Positions 23,880 to 37,429 of a stretch of 64,000 bases of DNA are shown piece after piece. Source of the DNA: Hemiscyllium ocellatum. Lineage: Eukaryota. The notes under the pieces were generated by a model. That model did no database searches, was not told the origin of the DNA, and saw only the letters and a program-made list of their open reading frames with translations. Positions within the stretch are counted from its first letter, which is position 1, and every line of letters starts with the position of its first letter. A program made the position numbers and the translations under genes. Where the stretch lies: the NCBI RefSeq assembly GCF_020745735.1, contig NC_083409.1:8545534-8609533 (forward strand), written 5' to 3'.

Positions 23880-25800
23880 CCTTGCTCCATCCTCCTTACT
23901 GACATCTGGGGGCTAGTGCCAAATTCAGGAGAGCTGTCTTACAGATGACTCAAGCAACAGCCTGACACAGTCATACTCACAGAATCATACCTTACAGACA
24001 ATGTCTCAGACACCACCATCACTGTCCCTGCATGTGTCCTGTCCCAACAGAAAGGCAGACCCAGCAGCGATGGCAGCACAGTGGTGTACAATCAGGAGAG
24101 AGTTACCTTGGGAGTCCTCTCCGCTGACTCCAGACCCCATGGAGTCTCATGACACCAGGTTAAACATGGGTGAGGAAATCCCCTGTTGATCACATACCAC
24201 CCTCCCTCGGCTGATGAATCAGTCTCTCCTCCATGTTGAACAGCACGTGGCGGAAGCACTGAGGGTGGTGACAGCACAGAATGTACTCTGGGTTGGGGGC
24301 GGGGTGGTGTTTCAATGCCAACCACTGAGAGTGGCTCGGCAGCAGTATTACTGATTGAGCTGTTCGGGTCCTAAAGGACAAAGCTGCTAGACTGGGCCTG
24401 CAGCTGGTAGTGAAGGAAACAACAAGAAGGAAAAATCTACTTGCCCTCATCCTCATCAATCTTGCGACTGTAGTTGCATCTGTCCTCTATGTGTAAGAGA
24501 GACTATCACAGAGTCCTTGTGGAAACAAAGTCTGACCGTCACATTGAGAATACCCTCCATTGTGCTGTGTGGTACTATCACTATGCTAAATAGGACAGAC
24601 TTTGAACAGATAGAGCATCTCAAGGCAAGCTCAGGAGTGGCGATGATTGCCAATGGTTCCATAATGTTCAGCATCATTCACAACTCCTCAAAAACTGAAG
24701 CAGTCCATGATCAGATGCACCAATATGTGGACAATATCCAGGTTTCGTCTGAAAAGCGACATTTCACATTGGTTCCATGCAAGTGCCAGGCAATGATCAT
24801 CACCAATAAGAGACAATCCAACCATCACCCCTTGACAGTGAATAGCATTACTATCACTGAATCTCCATTGTCAACATCCAGAAATTCAATTGGCTGACCA
24901 CAGAAACACAATGGTTACAAGAGCAGGCTCGAGGCTAGCTATTCTGCATCTAGTAACCCACCTCCTGATTCCCCTAAAGCCTGTCGATCATCAACAAGAC
25001 ACAAGTCAGAATTGTGATTGAATATCCCCCATTGTCTGGATGGGTGCAGCTCCAACAACATTCACAGAGTGATGGTGTCACAAAATCACAGACCCTACAG
25101 CTAAACATGTCCATGCCGACCACATTTCCAAACCTTAACGAGTCCCATTGGCCTGTGTTTGGCCCATATCTCTCTAACCTTTCCTATCCATGTCAATCAT
25201 ATCTATGTCTTCCTAACCCTAACGCTCCACTCAAAAAGCTTGATACTGTTCAGAGCAAAGCAGCCTGCTTGATTGACATCACATCCACAAAGCATCCATC
25301 TTACCACCATTGATACTTAGTCGCAGCAGTGTGTATTATCTATCAGATACACTGCAGAGATTCACCAAAGATCGTCATACAACACCTTCCAAAACCAAAA
25401 ATAGAAATTGTTGGAAAAGCTCAAGTATGAAGGGGCACGTGCCCCAAAATTTAACTCTGATTTCTCTTCACAGATGCTGCCAGACCTGCTGAGCCTTCCA
25501 GCAATTTCTGTTTTTGTCTCATATTTACAGCAGCTGCAGTTCTGTTGGTACCTTCCAAACACATGAACAGCTCCAGTTAGAAGGACAAGAGCAGCAGATA
25601 TATGGGAACAGCATGTCTTCAAATTCACCTCCAAGGAACATAACATCCTGACTTGGAAATATATCGTTGTTCCATCACTGTAAGTGGGTCAAAATCCTAA
25701 AATTGCCTCCCTAAGGACATTATGTGTCAACATATTGTATGCGATTTATCGCAGTTAACTAAGGCAGCACCTTCTCAAGGGATGGTCAGCAAATGCTGAC
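23880..25800 (+). mobile_element. Fragmented APE/RT LINE (CR1/L2 group, family not assigned)
   Basis: Endonuclease-like start at 23900-24300; RT end YVDNIQV..CKCQAMIITNKRQSNHHPLTVNSITITESP (24517-24897); related pieces at 9540-9860 and 30610-31140. Confidence 0.65.
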
Positions 25801-26114
25801 CCAGCCAATGACGCTCACATCCAATGAATTAATATATGAAAACAAATGAAGTGTCCCTCAGGAGAGGAGACGGAATGTTCGGGTCCTGAGCTCCATCCCC
25901 CAGCCCAGGCACTTTGCTTGCCAATGAATGAATGAGATGAAAGATTAGGGACAGTCACATGCTGTGGACCCAGGTATATAAGAGGGAATTAGAGATCAAG
26001 CTGAAAAGGAACGTGTTCCTGGGTTATGGGGAGAGAGAGGGTCATTGAGATTAATTGGGTCACTCACAGGCACAATGGGCTGAATGGCTTCCCACTGTGC
26101 TGTCAGATTTCAGC

Positions 26115-26371
26115 TGCAGACAGTTCACAGTTTTGTCCCGTCTCAGGAACAAATGTCCAGCTGCTCCGAGCTCCTTCTTTCACTTCCTCTCTTGGTGAAG
26201 TTTCAACCTTGCGATATGACAGTCTTTGCAGTTATTTTTTACACTGGGGCTTTCTGCTGTAATCAGAATCTCTAATAATAAGTGTCCGATCAGTGACAAT
26301 CAGAGCAGCTAAGAACAGTCAGGACTGAGGAGCCAGACTTACTGGGAAACATATTGGGAAGATCAAAGCCA
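26115..26371. promoter_or_regulatory. Candidate B-cell enhancer, copy A (Ets-IRF composite site + E-box)
   Basis: TTTCACTTCC at 26178-26187 (= GGAAGTGAAA), CAGCTG at 26158-26163, two TGGGAA; ~92% identical by hand to 30178-30434. Confidence 0.55.
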
Positions 26372-26780
26372 CTCTCCCAGCTCCCAGCTCCACTTCTCTC
26401 CCCGAACACTGTCTGCTGCTCAACCAGACTCTTTACAAACTTGGCTTCATCTCTGAGAATGATCTGAGCCTTGTATCTTCCATATCACAATGATCAGCCA
26501 CTGAAAATCTCAGCCATGTCTTTTGGACTCAAAACGTTACCATTCCAATGTTATCCAAACCCATATCAAAGCCAGTGCTCTGCATAAACTTCAGCTCATC
26601 GCAAACGGTGCTGCCTATATCTGAGCTCACACCAAGTCCCATTCTCCCATCCCACACCGTGCTCACTGACCGACATTGGCTCCCAATCCAGCAACATCTG
26701 GTTTGAAAATTCTCACCCTTGTTCTCCAGCCTCTCCTTGTCCTGCATTCTCCCGATGTCTGCAACCTCCTCCAAGCACCC
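26372..26780 (+). mobile_element. L2 LINE RT C-terminal fragment shared by both arms (paralog 29770-30177)
   Basis: Decayed LQLI.N.AA.I...KS.SPI...HWLP..FKIL motif region. Confidence 0.6.
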
Positions 26781-27099
26781 TCAGTCAGTGTGATCAGCAA
26801 CTTTAGATATATGGCTCTCGATTAGTTTATCCAAGTCATTGAGAAATATCATAAAAAGCTGAGGTCCCAGCAAAGATCCCCGGGAATACCACTATTCACA
26901 TCTTGCTCATTGGAGGAATCATACATCCCGGATTGGTCTCATCTCCCTCTTTCTCCCTATAACCAAGCTAACCTTTCCTTTCCAGCTCAATCTCCAGTTC
27001 CCTATTGAAGACCTGGGTTCACAGCATGAGCCTGCCCCTACCTTGCTCTCCAATTTGGCATCTTATTCAATCATTGGGAGACAAGCTGCCTAGGCTTGG

Positions 27100-28560
27100 G
27101 GTGTAGAACAGAGAAAATAGAATATAGAACATAGAACAGTACATCACAGTATAGGCCCTTTAGCCCTTGATGTTGTGCCAACATTTTGTCCCACTCTAAG
27201 ATCAAACTAACCTACATACCCTTCCTTTTTAGTATCATTCCTGTGCCTATCCAAGAGTCACTTAAATGTCTCTAATGTCTCTGACTCTACTATTACTCTA
27301 CATTCCATGCACCCACCACAGCGTTAAGAACCAACCTCGAACATCTCCCCTAAACCTTCCTCCAATCACCTAAATATTATGCCCCCTTGTGATAGCCATT
27401 TCTGCCCTGGGAAAAAAGTTTCTGTTATCAACTCTATCTATGCCTCTCATCACCTTGTTTGCCTCAATCAAGTTACCTCTCATCCTTCTTCACTTCAGTG
27501 AGAAAAGTCCTAGCTCCTTCAACCTTTCTTCATAAGATATGCCCTCCAGTCCAGGCAGCATCCTGGTAAATCTCCATTGCACCCTCTCTAAAGCTTCCAC
27601 GTGCTTCCGTTAGTGAGGCAACCAGAACTGAACACAATATTCCTAGTGTGGTTTAACCAAGGCTTTATTGGACTGCAGCGTAACCTCGCAGCTCTTAAAT
27701 GCAATTCCCCCCAGCTATTGAAACACACCATGTATCTTCTTAAGAACCCTATCAGCTTGGGTGGTAACTTTGAGGGATCTCTGAATGTGGACCCCAAGAT
27801 CCCACTGTTCCTCCAAACTGCCAAGAATTCTACCTTTAACCCTGTCATCTGCATTCAAATTCAATCTTCCAAAATGAATCACTTCACACTTTACAGTATG
27901 AACTCCATCCGTCACTTCTCAGCCCAACCCCACCTCCTATCAATGTCCCATCTTCACAAATGTGTTTTGTCACACCCTCAAATAATTCAATAAGGCTTGT
28001 GAGACATGACCTGCCCCTCACAAGGCCATGTTGAGTATTTCTAATCAAGCTTTGTTTTTCCAAATAATCATAAGTCCTGTCTCTCAGAATCTTCTCCAAT
28101 AATTTGCCCACTACTGATGTAAGACTGACCGGTCTGTAATTCCCAGGGTTTTCCCAAATCCCTTTCTTGAACAAGGGAATAACATTTGCCACAGTCTAAT
28201 CATCTGTTACTACTCCACTGGACAGATTGAAAAAATCATCACCAAAGGCACAGCAATCTCTTCCCTCATTTTCCATAGTAACATTGGGTATTTCCAGTCT
28301 GGCACAGGGGACTTATATATTCTCATGTTTTTCAAAATTATCAGCACATCCTCCTTCTTGACATCTGTTTGAGTGCATCAGCGTGTGTCACGCTGTTCTC
28401 ACAATTGACGAGTGACTACTGAAACAACATATTCATTAAGGATTTAATGTACATCATCCAACATGGCACAAGCTCCCTCCACTATCCCTGATCGGCCCTA
28501 TCCTCACTCTGACTATCACGTTTTTCCTCACATAAGTATAGAATGTCTGAGGGTTTTCCT
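27100..28560 (-). mobile_element. CR1 fragment in the palindrome spacer
   Basis: MANVIPLFKKG..NPGNYRPVSLTSVVGKLLEKILRD (27884-28192). Confidence 0.85.
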
Positions 28561-28599
28561 TAATCTTACCCGCCAAGGCTTTCTCATGCTTTCCCCCGC

Positions 28600-29425
28600 A
28601 TGACAGCTCTGGATCTGAAGATGGACTCACTTTGGAGTATCCATGAGGCTGAGGAGATAGTGGATAGCACGTTTAGTGAATTGGTCACACCGGGGATTAG
28701 GTTTGCTGACTAAGGGAGGGAATGGGTGACCAAAAGGCAGAGAAAGAGGAGGAAGAAAGTTCAAGTGTGCTCTGCGGTCATCTCCCTCCAAAACAGGTAT
28801 ACCATTTTGGACACTTTTGGGGGACGTGGCTCACCGGGGGAAGGCAGCAGGAGTCAGGTTCATGTCACCATGGCTGGCTCTACTGTACAGAAGGGTGGGA
28901 AAACGAGTGGAAGGCGAATAGTTATTGGGGATTCACTTGTAAGGGGAGTAGATAGGTGATTCTGTGTTAGAGAACGACATTCCCAAATGCCATGTTGCCT
29001 CCTAAGTGCACGGGTCAGAGATGTCTCAGATTTGCTGCAGGACATTCTGAAGGGGGAGGGTGAACTAGGTGGGTGTCGTGGTGCACATCGGTAGCAGTGA
29101 TATTGGCAATAAACAGAATGAGGTCCTACAAGCAGAATTTAAGGAGTTAGGAGTCAAGTTAAAAAGTATAGCCTCAGAGGTAGTAATCTCAGGATTGCTA
29201 CCAGTACCACGTGCTAGTCGGAGTAGAAATGAAAAAATAGGGTGGATTACCAAGTGGCTTGAGAGATGGTGCGGTAGGGAGGGTTTCAGAATTTTGGGAC
29301 ATTGGAACCGGTTCTGGGGGAGGTGGGACTATTACAAATCAGACAGTGTACACCTGGGTAAGCCGAGAACCAATGTCCTTGGGGGTGCTTTTGTTAATGT
29401 TGTTGGGGAGGGTTTAAACTAATAT
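28600..29425 (+). mobile_element. CR1 ORF1 (SGNH esterase) fragment in the palindrome spacer
   Basis: IVIGDSLVRGVDR; VVVHIGSSDIG; VVISGLLPVPRAS; REGFRILGHW.RFWGR (28726-29422). Confidence 0.85.
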
Positions 29426-30177
29426 GGCAGGCATTGATATAGATAACAAACAGTAATAGGCCCAGCACCGAGCCCCAGGACACTCCACAAGTCTCAGGAC
29501 TCCAGTCTGAGCAGCATCCTTCCACTATTACCCTCTGCTTCCTACCATCAAGCCAATTAGAGAAAAGTATTTGTCTTCGGTCAGGAATTAGTTTGGAGGT
29601 AGGGGACTGAGAAGAGGATGATGCGTGTGCTCTCGAATGAGCAAGATGTGAACAGTGACACCAGTGATCGGTGCTGGGACTTCAGCATCTCATGATAGTT
29701 CTCAATGACTTGGATGAAGGAATAGAGAGGAAATTAACCAAGATTTTTGATCACACTGACTGAGGCAGCTTGGAGGAGGTTACAGAGACAGGGAGAGCGG
29801 AGAATAGGGAGGGATTTCTTTTCAAGGATGAGAATTTGAAAATTGAGGTGTTGTTCGTCCAGGAGCCAATGTAGGCTTCATGATGCAGGAGTTGGGGAAA
29901 TGGGACTTGGTGCAAGTTTGGATACGGGCAGCAGAATTTGGGATGAGCTGAAGGATACGGAGGGCAATTGCTGTGAAGTGTGCAAATACAGCATCAGAAT
30001 GGTCATGTTTGGATTCCCATAGACACGGCTGAGATTTTCAGTGGCTGATCTTTGTGAAATGGAGGATATGGGGCTCAAATAATTCTCAAAGATGAGATCC
30101 AGTTTGTAAAGAGTCCGGTTGAGCAGCAGACAGTTCTCAGGGAGAGGGATGGAGTTTGCACCGGGAGCTGAAGAGGA

Positions 30178-30434
30178 TGGCTTTGATCTTCCCAATGTGT
30201 TTCCCAGTGAGCCTGTTTCCTCAGTCCTGACTGCTCTTAGCTGCTGTGATTGTCACTGATTGGGCACTTATTATTAGAGATTCTGACCACAGCAGAAAGC
30301 CCCAGTGTAAAAAATAACTGTAAAGACTGTCAGATCGCAAGGTTGAAACTTCACCAAGAGAGGAAGTGAAAGAAGTAGCTCGGAGCAGCTGGATGTTTGT
30401 TACTGAGATGGGAGAAAACTGTGAACTGTCTGCA
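30178..30434. promoter_or_regulatory. Candidate B-cell enhancer, copy B
   Basis: GGAAGTGAAA at 30362-30371 and CAGCTG at 30386-30391, both unchanged from copy A. Confidence 0.55.
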
Positions 30435-32269
30435 CTCCCTGGAATCTAACAACACAGGAGGCTGGTTCTGGGATTTTTTTCTGCAGAAACAGCACAGTGA
30501 TGGAAGAAGTGTCAGTCACTCTCTCACAAACACACACGCCTGCACTCGGAGATCAGAAACAGAATCCAGCAGCAGTTCTGTCTCCAAGCTGTGAAACCTG
30601 CACAGAATTGTTCCCTCATTCAGTTTATAACTGGCAGGATAGACCAAGCAGGGGAGGCAACACAGTGGTGTGTACGGTCAGAAGGTTGTTGCCCTGGGAG
30701 TCCTTACCATTTACTATGGAACCCATGAAGCCTCATGACAGCAGGTCAAACATGGGGAAGGAAACCTCCTGCTGATTACCACATAGCTCCGCCCTCCCCT
30801 CCAACTTCAACTGAGCAGTCAGTCTTCCTCCATGTTGAACAACACTTGGAGGGAGCACGGAGAATGGGAATGATGCAGGATGTACTCTGAGTAAGGGACT
30901 TCAAATTCCACCATCAAGAGCTGCTCAGAAACATCACTACTGAGCAACCTGGTCAGGTTCCACCTGCTAGACTGGACCTGGGGCAGGTGGTGAGGGAACC
31001 AACAAGAGGGAAAAACGTACTCACCATCACCCTCACCAACCTGCCTGCTGCTGGTGTATCTGTCCATGACAGGATCAGTAAGGGTGACCACCGCACAGTC
31101 CGTGTGGAGACAAAATCCTGTCGTCCCATTGAGATTACCTTACACTTTGTTGGGCAAGAGATATGGGATATCAGGAAGAGTTTTTTTCGCAGCAATTGGT
31201 AATGACTTGGAAATTAGTGCCCATTCAGGTGAGGCAAGTGAAGACAGTCAGCTATTGCAATGGCAGATTGGATGGGCTCTTGATGGAAAAAACCTGAAAG
31301 GCTCTGGGGGTCGAGTAGTGGAGGTGGTAGGACTGACTGGATTGCTTCATGAAATGACAGCATTTGCCTGACAGGATGAATGTTCTCCCCCTGTGCTGGA
31401 AATAGGTCTCACTCAATGTGGGGTTCACAATTAGAGAGTTTTGATGCAGTAAATACAAGACAAATTGTTTCTCCAGGCAGGAGGGCCAGTAACCAGAGGG
31501 CACACATTTCAGAAGAGTCTGAAGGACAAGAGAGAAGATAAGAACATTTTTATCCGGCGAGTTCATGATGAGTGTCTGCAAGGTGAGTGGAAGTGGATTC
31601 AACAGCAACGTTCAAAAGGCATTTGGAGAAATAGCTGAAAAGGAAACAATTGCAGGGCTATACAGGAAAGGCTGGGTAAATGGGACTCATTGGACTCATT
31701 TGATCAACAATCACATTCGGCCCAGCGAACCAAATGCGACGGGGTTGAACAGTATATTCAATAGCACAACCACTGAGAGAAGGATGGATGAAGGGCAGGG
31801 GGTGTGAGAGTATGCTCGAGGGATCTGAAGGCTCTGCTGTCAATGGTGGGATAGCAGTAATGGGCAGGAGACCAGAGACAGATGATGGAAGGGGGAGGGA
31901 GAGAATGTAAGTCTGCAGCAGGACACAGAGTGAGGGAGGAGGGAGGTCGTGGAGGTAATTGGTTGGCAGTGAGGTCATGGTGTCATTCTGGAATGACAGA
32001 CGGGTAAGACAGGGAAGGGCCCACTCCATATCAGACAATGTTGGAGTTTATGGAATGTGGATTCAGGAATCTGGAGAATACATTGGAATCGTAGAGTTAG
32101 GAGGCGGGACGAGCAGGAATTAGGGTCTTTGTGGTCAAGGAGCTGAGTTAGTACAGAGACAGACAATGTCGTTGAGATTGAAACAAGAGACTAACGTGAC
32201 GGAGAGGATGTGGGGGTTGTAGCTCAGGTATGGATAGTCCAGTGGGAAGGAGGCCCATGTATACATCAT

Positions 32270-33480
32270 CATAGAGACATAGAGGTTTACAGCTTGAAAA
32301 TAGACCCTTAGGTTCAACTCATCCATGCCGACCAAGTTTCCAAAACTGAACTAGTCCGATCTGCCTGTGTTTGGCCCAATCCTCTCTAAATCCTACCTAT
32401 CCATGTTCCTGTAAAAATGTCCTTGGAATGTAGTAACTTTACTCCCCTCTACCACTTCCTGTGGCAGCTCATTACACATACACACCAACCTCTGCATGAA
32501 AAAGTTGTCTCTCAGGTCCCTTCTAATTCTTTCCCCTTCAACTTAAACCCATCCCTTCTAGTACTGGACTCTTCTACCATGGGGAAATGACTTTGGCTAT
32601 CCAACTTGTCTACAACTCTCATGATTCTATAAACCTCTATAATATCAACCCTCAATCTCCTGCACTCCCTCGAAAAACATCCTCGGCCTATCCATCCTCG
32701 CTTGATAATTCAGACTCTCCAATCTTGGTAACATCCCTGTTAATCTTTGTTTTATCCAAACCAGTGTAATAACTTCCTTTCTGTAGAAGGGTGAGCAGAA
32801 ATATATACAGTGTCCAAGTGTGGCCTTCCCAATGCCTTGTACAGCTGTAACATGATGTCCCAGCTCCTGTACTCCCTGCTTTGATCAGTGAAGGTGCGCG
32901 TGCCAAATAGCTTCTTCACCACCCTGTCTACCTGTGACACGACTTCCAAGGAACTATGTGTCTGTACCCCTCACTCTCTCTGTTCAACAACACTTTCCAT
33001 GGCTCTACCACTAATTTATAATTCCTGCCTTGGTTTGTCTAACCAAAATCTAACTCCTTCTATTTATCGAAATTAAACTCCATCTGGATTTGTTGACCCA
33101 CTGGCCCAGTTGATCAAGATGACATTGCACTCTTGGATAACTTTCTTCCTTGTCCACGATGCCATCAATTTTCATGTCAGCCACAAACCTCCTGACCCAT
33201 TCCTCCTATTTTCTCATCCAAATTGTTCATACAATTGATGAACAACAGTGGATCCAGGATTGATTCTTGTGGGAGACGGCTGGTCACTGGCTTCCAGTCT
33301 GAAGAACAACCCTATCTCACCAACCTCTGCCTCCTCTCGTCAGGCCAATTTCATATCCAATTGGTTAGGTCTTCCTGGATTGTATGTGATATGATCTTCC
33401 CAAGCAGTCTACATGGGGTAACTTGCCTAAGGCCTTGCTAAAATCCATGTAGACGGAGTGTACTGCTCTAACTGTATCTA
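32270..33480 (-). mobile_element. CR1 3' fragment
   Basis: VSQVDRVVKKLFG..IMLQLYKALGRPHL (32752-32949) and a CR1-type tail near 32300. Confidence 0.8.
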
Positions 33481-33499
33481 TCTTCTTGATTTATCCTTC

Positions 33500-34044
33500 A
33501 AACTCTCAGTCATCTACTGGTCTCTATTGGAGGTCCAATGAACAGGAGGCCTATGTGTACTTGTCTGTCTTGGAGGATCTAGGCAGAAGAAAGTCCATGT
33601 TTACTGGTCTCATTTGGAGAGTCCAGCAGGAAGGAGGCCCATGTTTACTGGTCTCTATTGGGAGGTTCAGTGGGAAGGAGGCCCATGTCTCTCTATAGGG
33701 CAGCCCCGTGAATTGAATTCCATGTTTATTGGACTCTATTGGAGAGTCCTGTGCATTGTGGACACCATGGTGGGAGTGGGGTTTAGTACCTTTCTGTTTT
33801 AACTGTGTGATGGTCCAACATTCACCCCAGTGAAACAGCCTTACTCAGACACTCTTCATGGAAGGGGAAGGAGAGGTGTAGGAGAGGGGAAGGGATTGGA
33901 ACATGTTGTGAATGGACAGGATGGGTCAGTGGGTCAGGACCTGCCCTGTCCCTCCAGCTCACAGCGATGGCCTGAGGATCTCTTCTCTCTGCTGGGCCTT
34001 CATGGAATGAGGTTTGTGTCCAAACCAGTCCCCAGTGAGAATAG
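33500..34044. repeat. Paralogous minisatellite (33500-33755) and conserved island (33856-34044)
   Basis: Reverse complement of 22404-23105; TGTTTAC at 33598 and 33642. Confidence 0.8.
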
Positions 34045-34989
34045 ACCAACAGCACAGAACTGCCCTTCATTTGACAAGAATCTGTCTGTCTGTCTTCCTG
34101 AGTGATACTAAATCCTGGTCAACGTGAAAATGAGGCCTTACTCCAGAAAAAGATATGCTTCTGGGGTCATGGGTTAACATCCATTCGTGGGGCAGAGTAG
34201 AGGGTGATTTATCCTTCATTCAACTGTCACCACCTGGGAATCTGTCATAAAGAGAGAGAAGCAGACAGAGAAATTGACATAGAGGGAGAGAAAGAGAGAG
34301 ACAGATCATGTGTGTGTGAGAGAGAGATAGAGAGACAAAGACATGAGTATGGGTAAGGACAGAATGACAGAGAGGGAGGGAGAGAGACTATAGATTGGGA
34401 TACAGAGAGGAAAGGAGAGAGACTGTAGATTGGGATACAGAGAGGGAGAGAGAGAGAAAGAGGGAGGAATAGAGAGGGGTAAATAATAGTTGGAGACTTT
34501 TGCTTGAAGCGAGTGTTTGGGACAGTGAGAGATGGAGAAATAGAGATTATGAGATGGAGTGAGGAATGGTGAGTGAATTGGAGAGAGTTGTTATGAGACA
34601 GAGTGAGAGAGAGAAAATAGAAGAGAGATTAACAGTGGGAGAGAGAGGTAGAGAGAAAGACATGGCAGATGTGAGACAGAAAGATGGGTGGGGAGAGAGA
34701 GAGAGGTGCTGCTCACCACATTCTGGGAAGATTGTGTACTTGAGAAAGGGTACAGAGGAGATTTACCAAAATCGGCTGTGGGGAAAGATTGGAAAGGTGG
34801 GGATTGTTTTCCTTGGGGCAATGAAGGTTGAGAAGGGACCTGATAGAGGGGTATAAGATTATTTGGGGCAATCTTAGGGTAGATAGGTAGGCACTTTTTA
34901 CATGAGTGAAGAACTCAACAACCAGAGACAGAGATTGAAGGTAACACAGACAGAGAAACATAGAAACTGCAGCAGTAGTAAACAATTCG

Positions 34990-36960
34990 GCCCTTTGAGT
35001 CTGCTCTGTCATTCAGTATGATCATGGCTGATCCTCTCTCTCAATGCCATATTCTGCTTTCTCCCCAATCACTGATGCTGGTAAAATGCAAAACAATTAT
35101 CTGTCTCTTCTTCTTAAATATCTTCAACCTGCCAGTCTTCAGTCCATGCCAGTACCTCACCCCTACACAATAGACTCGTACCTTATGTCAAATACCTTCT
35201 GGAAATCCACTTTGTCTGACTGGCTCATTGTCTCCTCAAAGATTTCTAACGGATTTTCCAGGCATGACCTCCCCTTGATAAAGCCGTGTTCACTCAGCCC
35301 TATTTTCCCATTGGACTTCGAAGTCCTCTGTAATTTCACCCTAAAATTTAAATCTAAAACCTTACCAAAAACTGAGTCCAGGCTAACTGGCCTATAATTT
35401 CCATCTTCTCCCTTCTTAAATAGGGGCGTTATGTGAGCCATTTTCCAGTTCCTTGCCCCCATCAAATCCCTCCTCACACCACCTTTACCCGCCGACTCCA
35501 TTGATTCCTGAAAGACCAATGCCTCCATAATCTCCTCAGTGATCTCCTTCAGAACACACTGGGGTAGTTCATCTAGTTTGGGTGATTTATCCACACTCAG
35601 ACCTTCCAGCTTCCCCAGTGCCTCCTCCTTAGTGATGGTTACTACACTACCCTCTGCCCCCTGACAGTCTTGAAGTCCTGGTATGTTGCTGGTATTTTCA
35701 ATAGTGCAGACTGATGCAAAGTATCTATTCAATTCCTCGGATGTTCCTTTGTTTCCTATTATTCTTTCTCCAACCTAATTTTCCGACAATCCAATGTCTA
35801 TTTTTGCTTCCCTCTTCCTTTGTATATATCTGACAAAACTCTTGCAATCTTCTTTTATATTACTGGCTCACCTTACCCTGTATTTCACCTTCTGGATCCT
35901 GAATTGCTTTTTAGTTATTATCTTCAGATTTTTAAAAACTTCCTAATCCACTGGCTTCCCACTATTCTCCGCCACATTGGATGCTTTATCTTTTGCTTGT
36001 ATGCTGTCCTTGACCTCCCACATCAGCCATGGTTGCCTTGTCCTCCCCTTGGTACGTTTCTTCTTTTTTTAGGATGAATTCCTACTCTGCTTCCTTAATT
36101 ACCCCAAGAAACTCTGCTGTTTGCTGTCCCAACCTCTTAACTGCTCGGCTCCCCTTCCAACCAACTCTGGCCAGTTCCTTCCTCATGTTCCTTCATGTCA
36201 AACTACAGGGGGATTTCGATCATATTATGGTCACTTATCCACAGGGATACTTTCACTTTCAGCTCACTAATCAAGTTTGCCTCATTACACGTCACTGAAT
36301 CCAGAACTGCCTGTTACATCATGGCTCAACCACAATCTGCTCCAAAAACCATCTCGTAGACATTCCATGAAATCCTTTCCTTAAGATACACTACCCAGCC
36401 CACCTATCCAGTTAAGTCTGCCCTGACATTTTGTATACAGCTTTTCTGGCTCCTGATTGATTTTCTTCCCCACACCCTGATTACTGCTTAGAGACCTGGA
36501 CATAACTTGCGTCAGATTCTTTATTTCCTGCGGTTCCTCAACTCTACCCACACAGATTCTACACCTGCTGAATCTATATCATTTCTTGTTATTGATTTAA
36601 TTTCATTTCTTACTAACAAGGCAACTCTTGACCTTCTGCCATCTGCCTGTCCTTTTGTTAGGATATGTATCCTTGGATATTTAGTTTCCAGCACGGATCT
36701 CCTTACAGCCTTGTCTCTGTGATACCGACAACATTGTACCTGCCAGTTTCAATCTGCACTGTAAGCTGATTGTGTATACTGTGTGCATTTAAGTACAACA
36801 CCCTCAGTCCTGCTTTGACTGCCCTCCTTCTCATCATTGTCCCCTTATCTCTTGTATTTGATGTTCAACTCTTGATCCTTTCCATATTCTCTGGCCTATT
36901 ACATCTTCTAGAAACCTGAATAACTTCTCCTGAGCCCTCCTCCACTTTAACTAGTTAAAA
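34990..36960 (-). mobile_element. Chimeric CR1: intronic CR1 body fused at ~35130 to the CR1 tail that lies upstream of the promoter in the other arm
   Basis: RT ORF 35163-35732 stops after VDFQKVFD..gtactggcatggactgaagactggc and jumps to 3'-tail sequence matching 20905-21060. Confidence 0.75.
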
Positions 36961-37429
36961 CACCTTGGAAACTCAATTTACCTCAATTTGTGACATCACT
37001 TTGTCTCCCTTACTCGGAATGGTTCACGCATTTAGATAAAAACTCTTTACTTTTTTTCTATTATTGATTTTCCCTGCACTTCCATGGTTCCTTTGATATT
37101 CAAAAATTCTGCCCCTTCCTTTTATTTTCTGGTAACAATCAATCCCATCACTAACCACCAACCTACCTGCTCCTTTCCACTCTATTTCCTCATTTTCCAT
37201 CCAACGGAACCCAACTGTTGGGTCTTTGGCTTGAGTTCAGGACAATATTTATCTTTGAACCATCATCATTAACAGTAGTCTTTGATCTCAATGCTTTTCA
37301 TGGGATCTTGCTTGGTAGAAACTGGCTGCCACTTTCGCGACATTGTAACAGTGACTGGTTTTCAAACAAAACTGTCTATAAATGTCTTTGGGAGAGCTTG
37401 AGGTGTTGAGGGTTTGATTGAATTCAGTT

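Noticed and set aside
25975-25981. TATATAA as a promoter for a plus-strand gene before the conserved block
   Set aside because: It abuts a CR1/SINE tail remnant (gggctgaatggcttcccactgtgctg), has no downstream ORF and is not mirrored in arm 2.
30493-30535. CACAGTG followed by ACAAACACA as an RSS for a lost V of cluster 2
   Set aside because: The spacer is 26 bp, the nonamer is poor and no V-like sequence precedes it.
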